NCBI GenBank assembly: GCA_046563655.1
Contig: CM102290.1
Span: 10,354,001 to 10,418,000 of the forward strand
DNA: 64,000 bases
Source of the DNA: Yuukianura sp. NJ FZ-2021
Lineage: Eukaryota
Direction of reading: 5' to 3'
A program made the translations under genes and the position numbers. This document shows, one piece after another, positions 62,791 to 64,000 of this stretch (position 1 is its first letter; every line of letters starts with the position of its first letter). The notes below the pieces were generated by a model. The model worked only from the letters and a program-made list of their open reading frames with translations. It ran no database searches and was not told the DNA's origin.

Positions 62791-64000
62791 TCAATCTGTT
62801 CCTATTGATGTTGATGTCGTTTGAACACTTTCGGAATCTTCTACTTCATCAAACGTTGGAGCTATAGACGATGATGACGTTTCGACAACTATTTGTTCCT
62901 TCATAACGTTGATGCTCTCATCGTGTGAGTTGGAGTCTGCTGCCGACTTGATCTCTTGACCTTGACCTTTGGAGGTTATTGACCTCTCTTTGTTTCCCTT
63001 TGGTGTAGAACATGTTCTCAGACATTTGCACTTGTGCGTCGGTGAGCCACCAAGCCCCGCCATTCCTGATGGGAAAGTGGAGCTTGAAGTGGTGGACGTC
63101 GTGACGTCTGGACTCTCTTCTTTTTTATACTTGACGCGTCGATTTTGAAACCAAATTTTGACTTGTTTCTCACTTAGCCCCAAGTACGTCGCGATTTCAA
63201 TACGTCGGAGACGGGACAAGTACATGTTCATTAGAAATTCCCGCTCGAGTTCTAGTAGTTGACCACTTGTAAATGCTGTACGCATTCGCTTTCCAGTGCC
63301 ATTTCCGTCACTTTCTTCCGGGTCAACAACCTCTGTTTTCCTGCCCTTTCCTGGTCCACTTTCTTCGTCTCCCTCATCGAAGTCCTCATCAAAGTCTTCA
63401 TGTGACGACTCAATTAGTACTTCTGCTTTTCTCTTGCGTGACCTCGCCGATGACCTCTCCGAGGTGGATGACCCCACCGGTTCTGCCTTGAGCTGCCGTT
63501 GGCCTCTGTCGCTTTCAAGTTGACTGAAGAACTTTGGAGCCTTAACCTTCTGACCTCCCACCTTTTCTGGAGGAGTCTCAGATTTGTCAGGGCGTGGAAG
63601 GAGTTCTGGAGTACTGAAAAACTGCCCACTGAAAGGAGTCGAGTGGCTGTACAAATTGCTTCCGGTTTGAACTCCGCAAGTTGGGAACCGGAATAACGAT
63701 GGATTGAAGAACGGGAAGAGTCCGGCAGCACTTTGGTGTGGATGCTGGAAGTACCAGTAGGCTGGCGGAGCATGGTGATTTTGAAGGTGGCCGCGACCGT
63801 GACTTTGACCGCTGACCTCTTCCGGGGATCCGGAAGTGGAATCTAGAACGTGTCCCCCAGCGCCTCCTAAGAACGGAATTGGACCCAGAAAGTTTGCAAA
63901 GTGTTGCTGATCACTGAAAACGTGGTTGCTGGACTTTGGCAGCAGCTTGGCAGCACTGGCAGTACTGTTCCGACTGCCGCTGGAACTGCTCAAATCAGCG
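62791..64000 (-). CDS. ind: Gsx/ind ParaHox homeodomain transcription factor, 5' end beyond the window
   Basis: Homeodomain [58 protein letters not shown] is Gsx-type and is followed by a CKCLRTC motif. The frame stays open to the window edge, with no ATG before the TTG at 63993. Confidence 0.93.
   Translation of the reverse strand, partial: ADLSSSSGSRNSTASAAKLLPKSSNHVFSDQQHFANFLGPIPFLGGAGGHVLDSTSGSPEEVSGQSHGRGHLQNHHAPPAYWYFQHPHQSAAGLFPFFNPSLFRFPTCGVQTGSNLYSHSTPFSGQFFSTPELLPRPDKSETPPEKVGGQKVKAPKFFSQLESDRGQRQLKAEPVGSSTSERSSARSRKRKAEVLIESSHEDFDEDFDEGDEESGPGKGRKTEVVDPEESDGNGTGKRMRTAFTSGQLLELEREFLMNMYLSRLRRIEIATYLGLSEKQVKIWFQNRRVKYKKEESPDVTTSTTSSSTFPSGMAGLGGSPTHKCKCLRTCSTPKGNKERSITSKGQGQEIKSAADSNSHDESINVMKEQIVVETSSSSIAPTFDEVEDSESVQTTSTSIGTD

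Overview
Eukaryotic, AT-rich arthropod DNA with short GT-AG introns. The gene set and style suggest a hexapod, possibly a springtail (inference). I assembled the gene models by hand from splice sites and checked that every exon chain keeps frame. Left to right: a 9-exon CYP314 (shade)-like P450 whose I-helix Thr is replaced by Pro; a FucTA-type alpha-1,3-fucosyltransferase (-); an intronless divergent ionotropic receptor (-); a 19-exon kinase-less membrane protein joining VEGFR/PVR-like Ig-type domains to three LDLa repeats, with two 18-nt microexons; CCDC115/Vma22; a ~23 kb Jupiter gene with up to four alternative first coding exons and a nested secreted two-EF-hand gene; a 318-bp tandem array of foldback units between convergent 3' ends; Hip14/ZDHHC17 (-); and the ParaHox gene ind/Gsx (-), cut off by the window end. 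Non-coding features include two perfect and two near-perfect ecdysone-response-element-like IR1 palindromes, a candidate enhancer 3' of ind, a MITE-like element and degenerate minisatellites. No tRNA, rRNA, CRISPR array or intact transposase was recognised. All family assignments come from motif recognition, not database searches.
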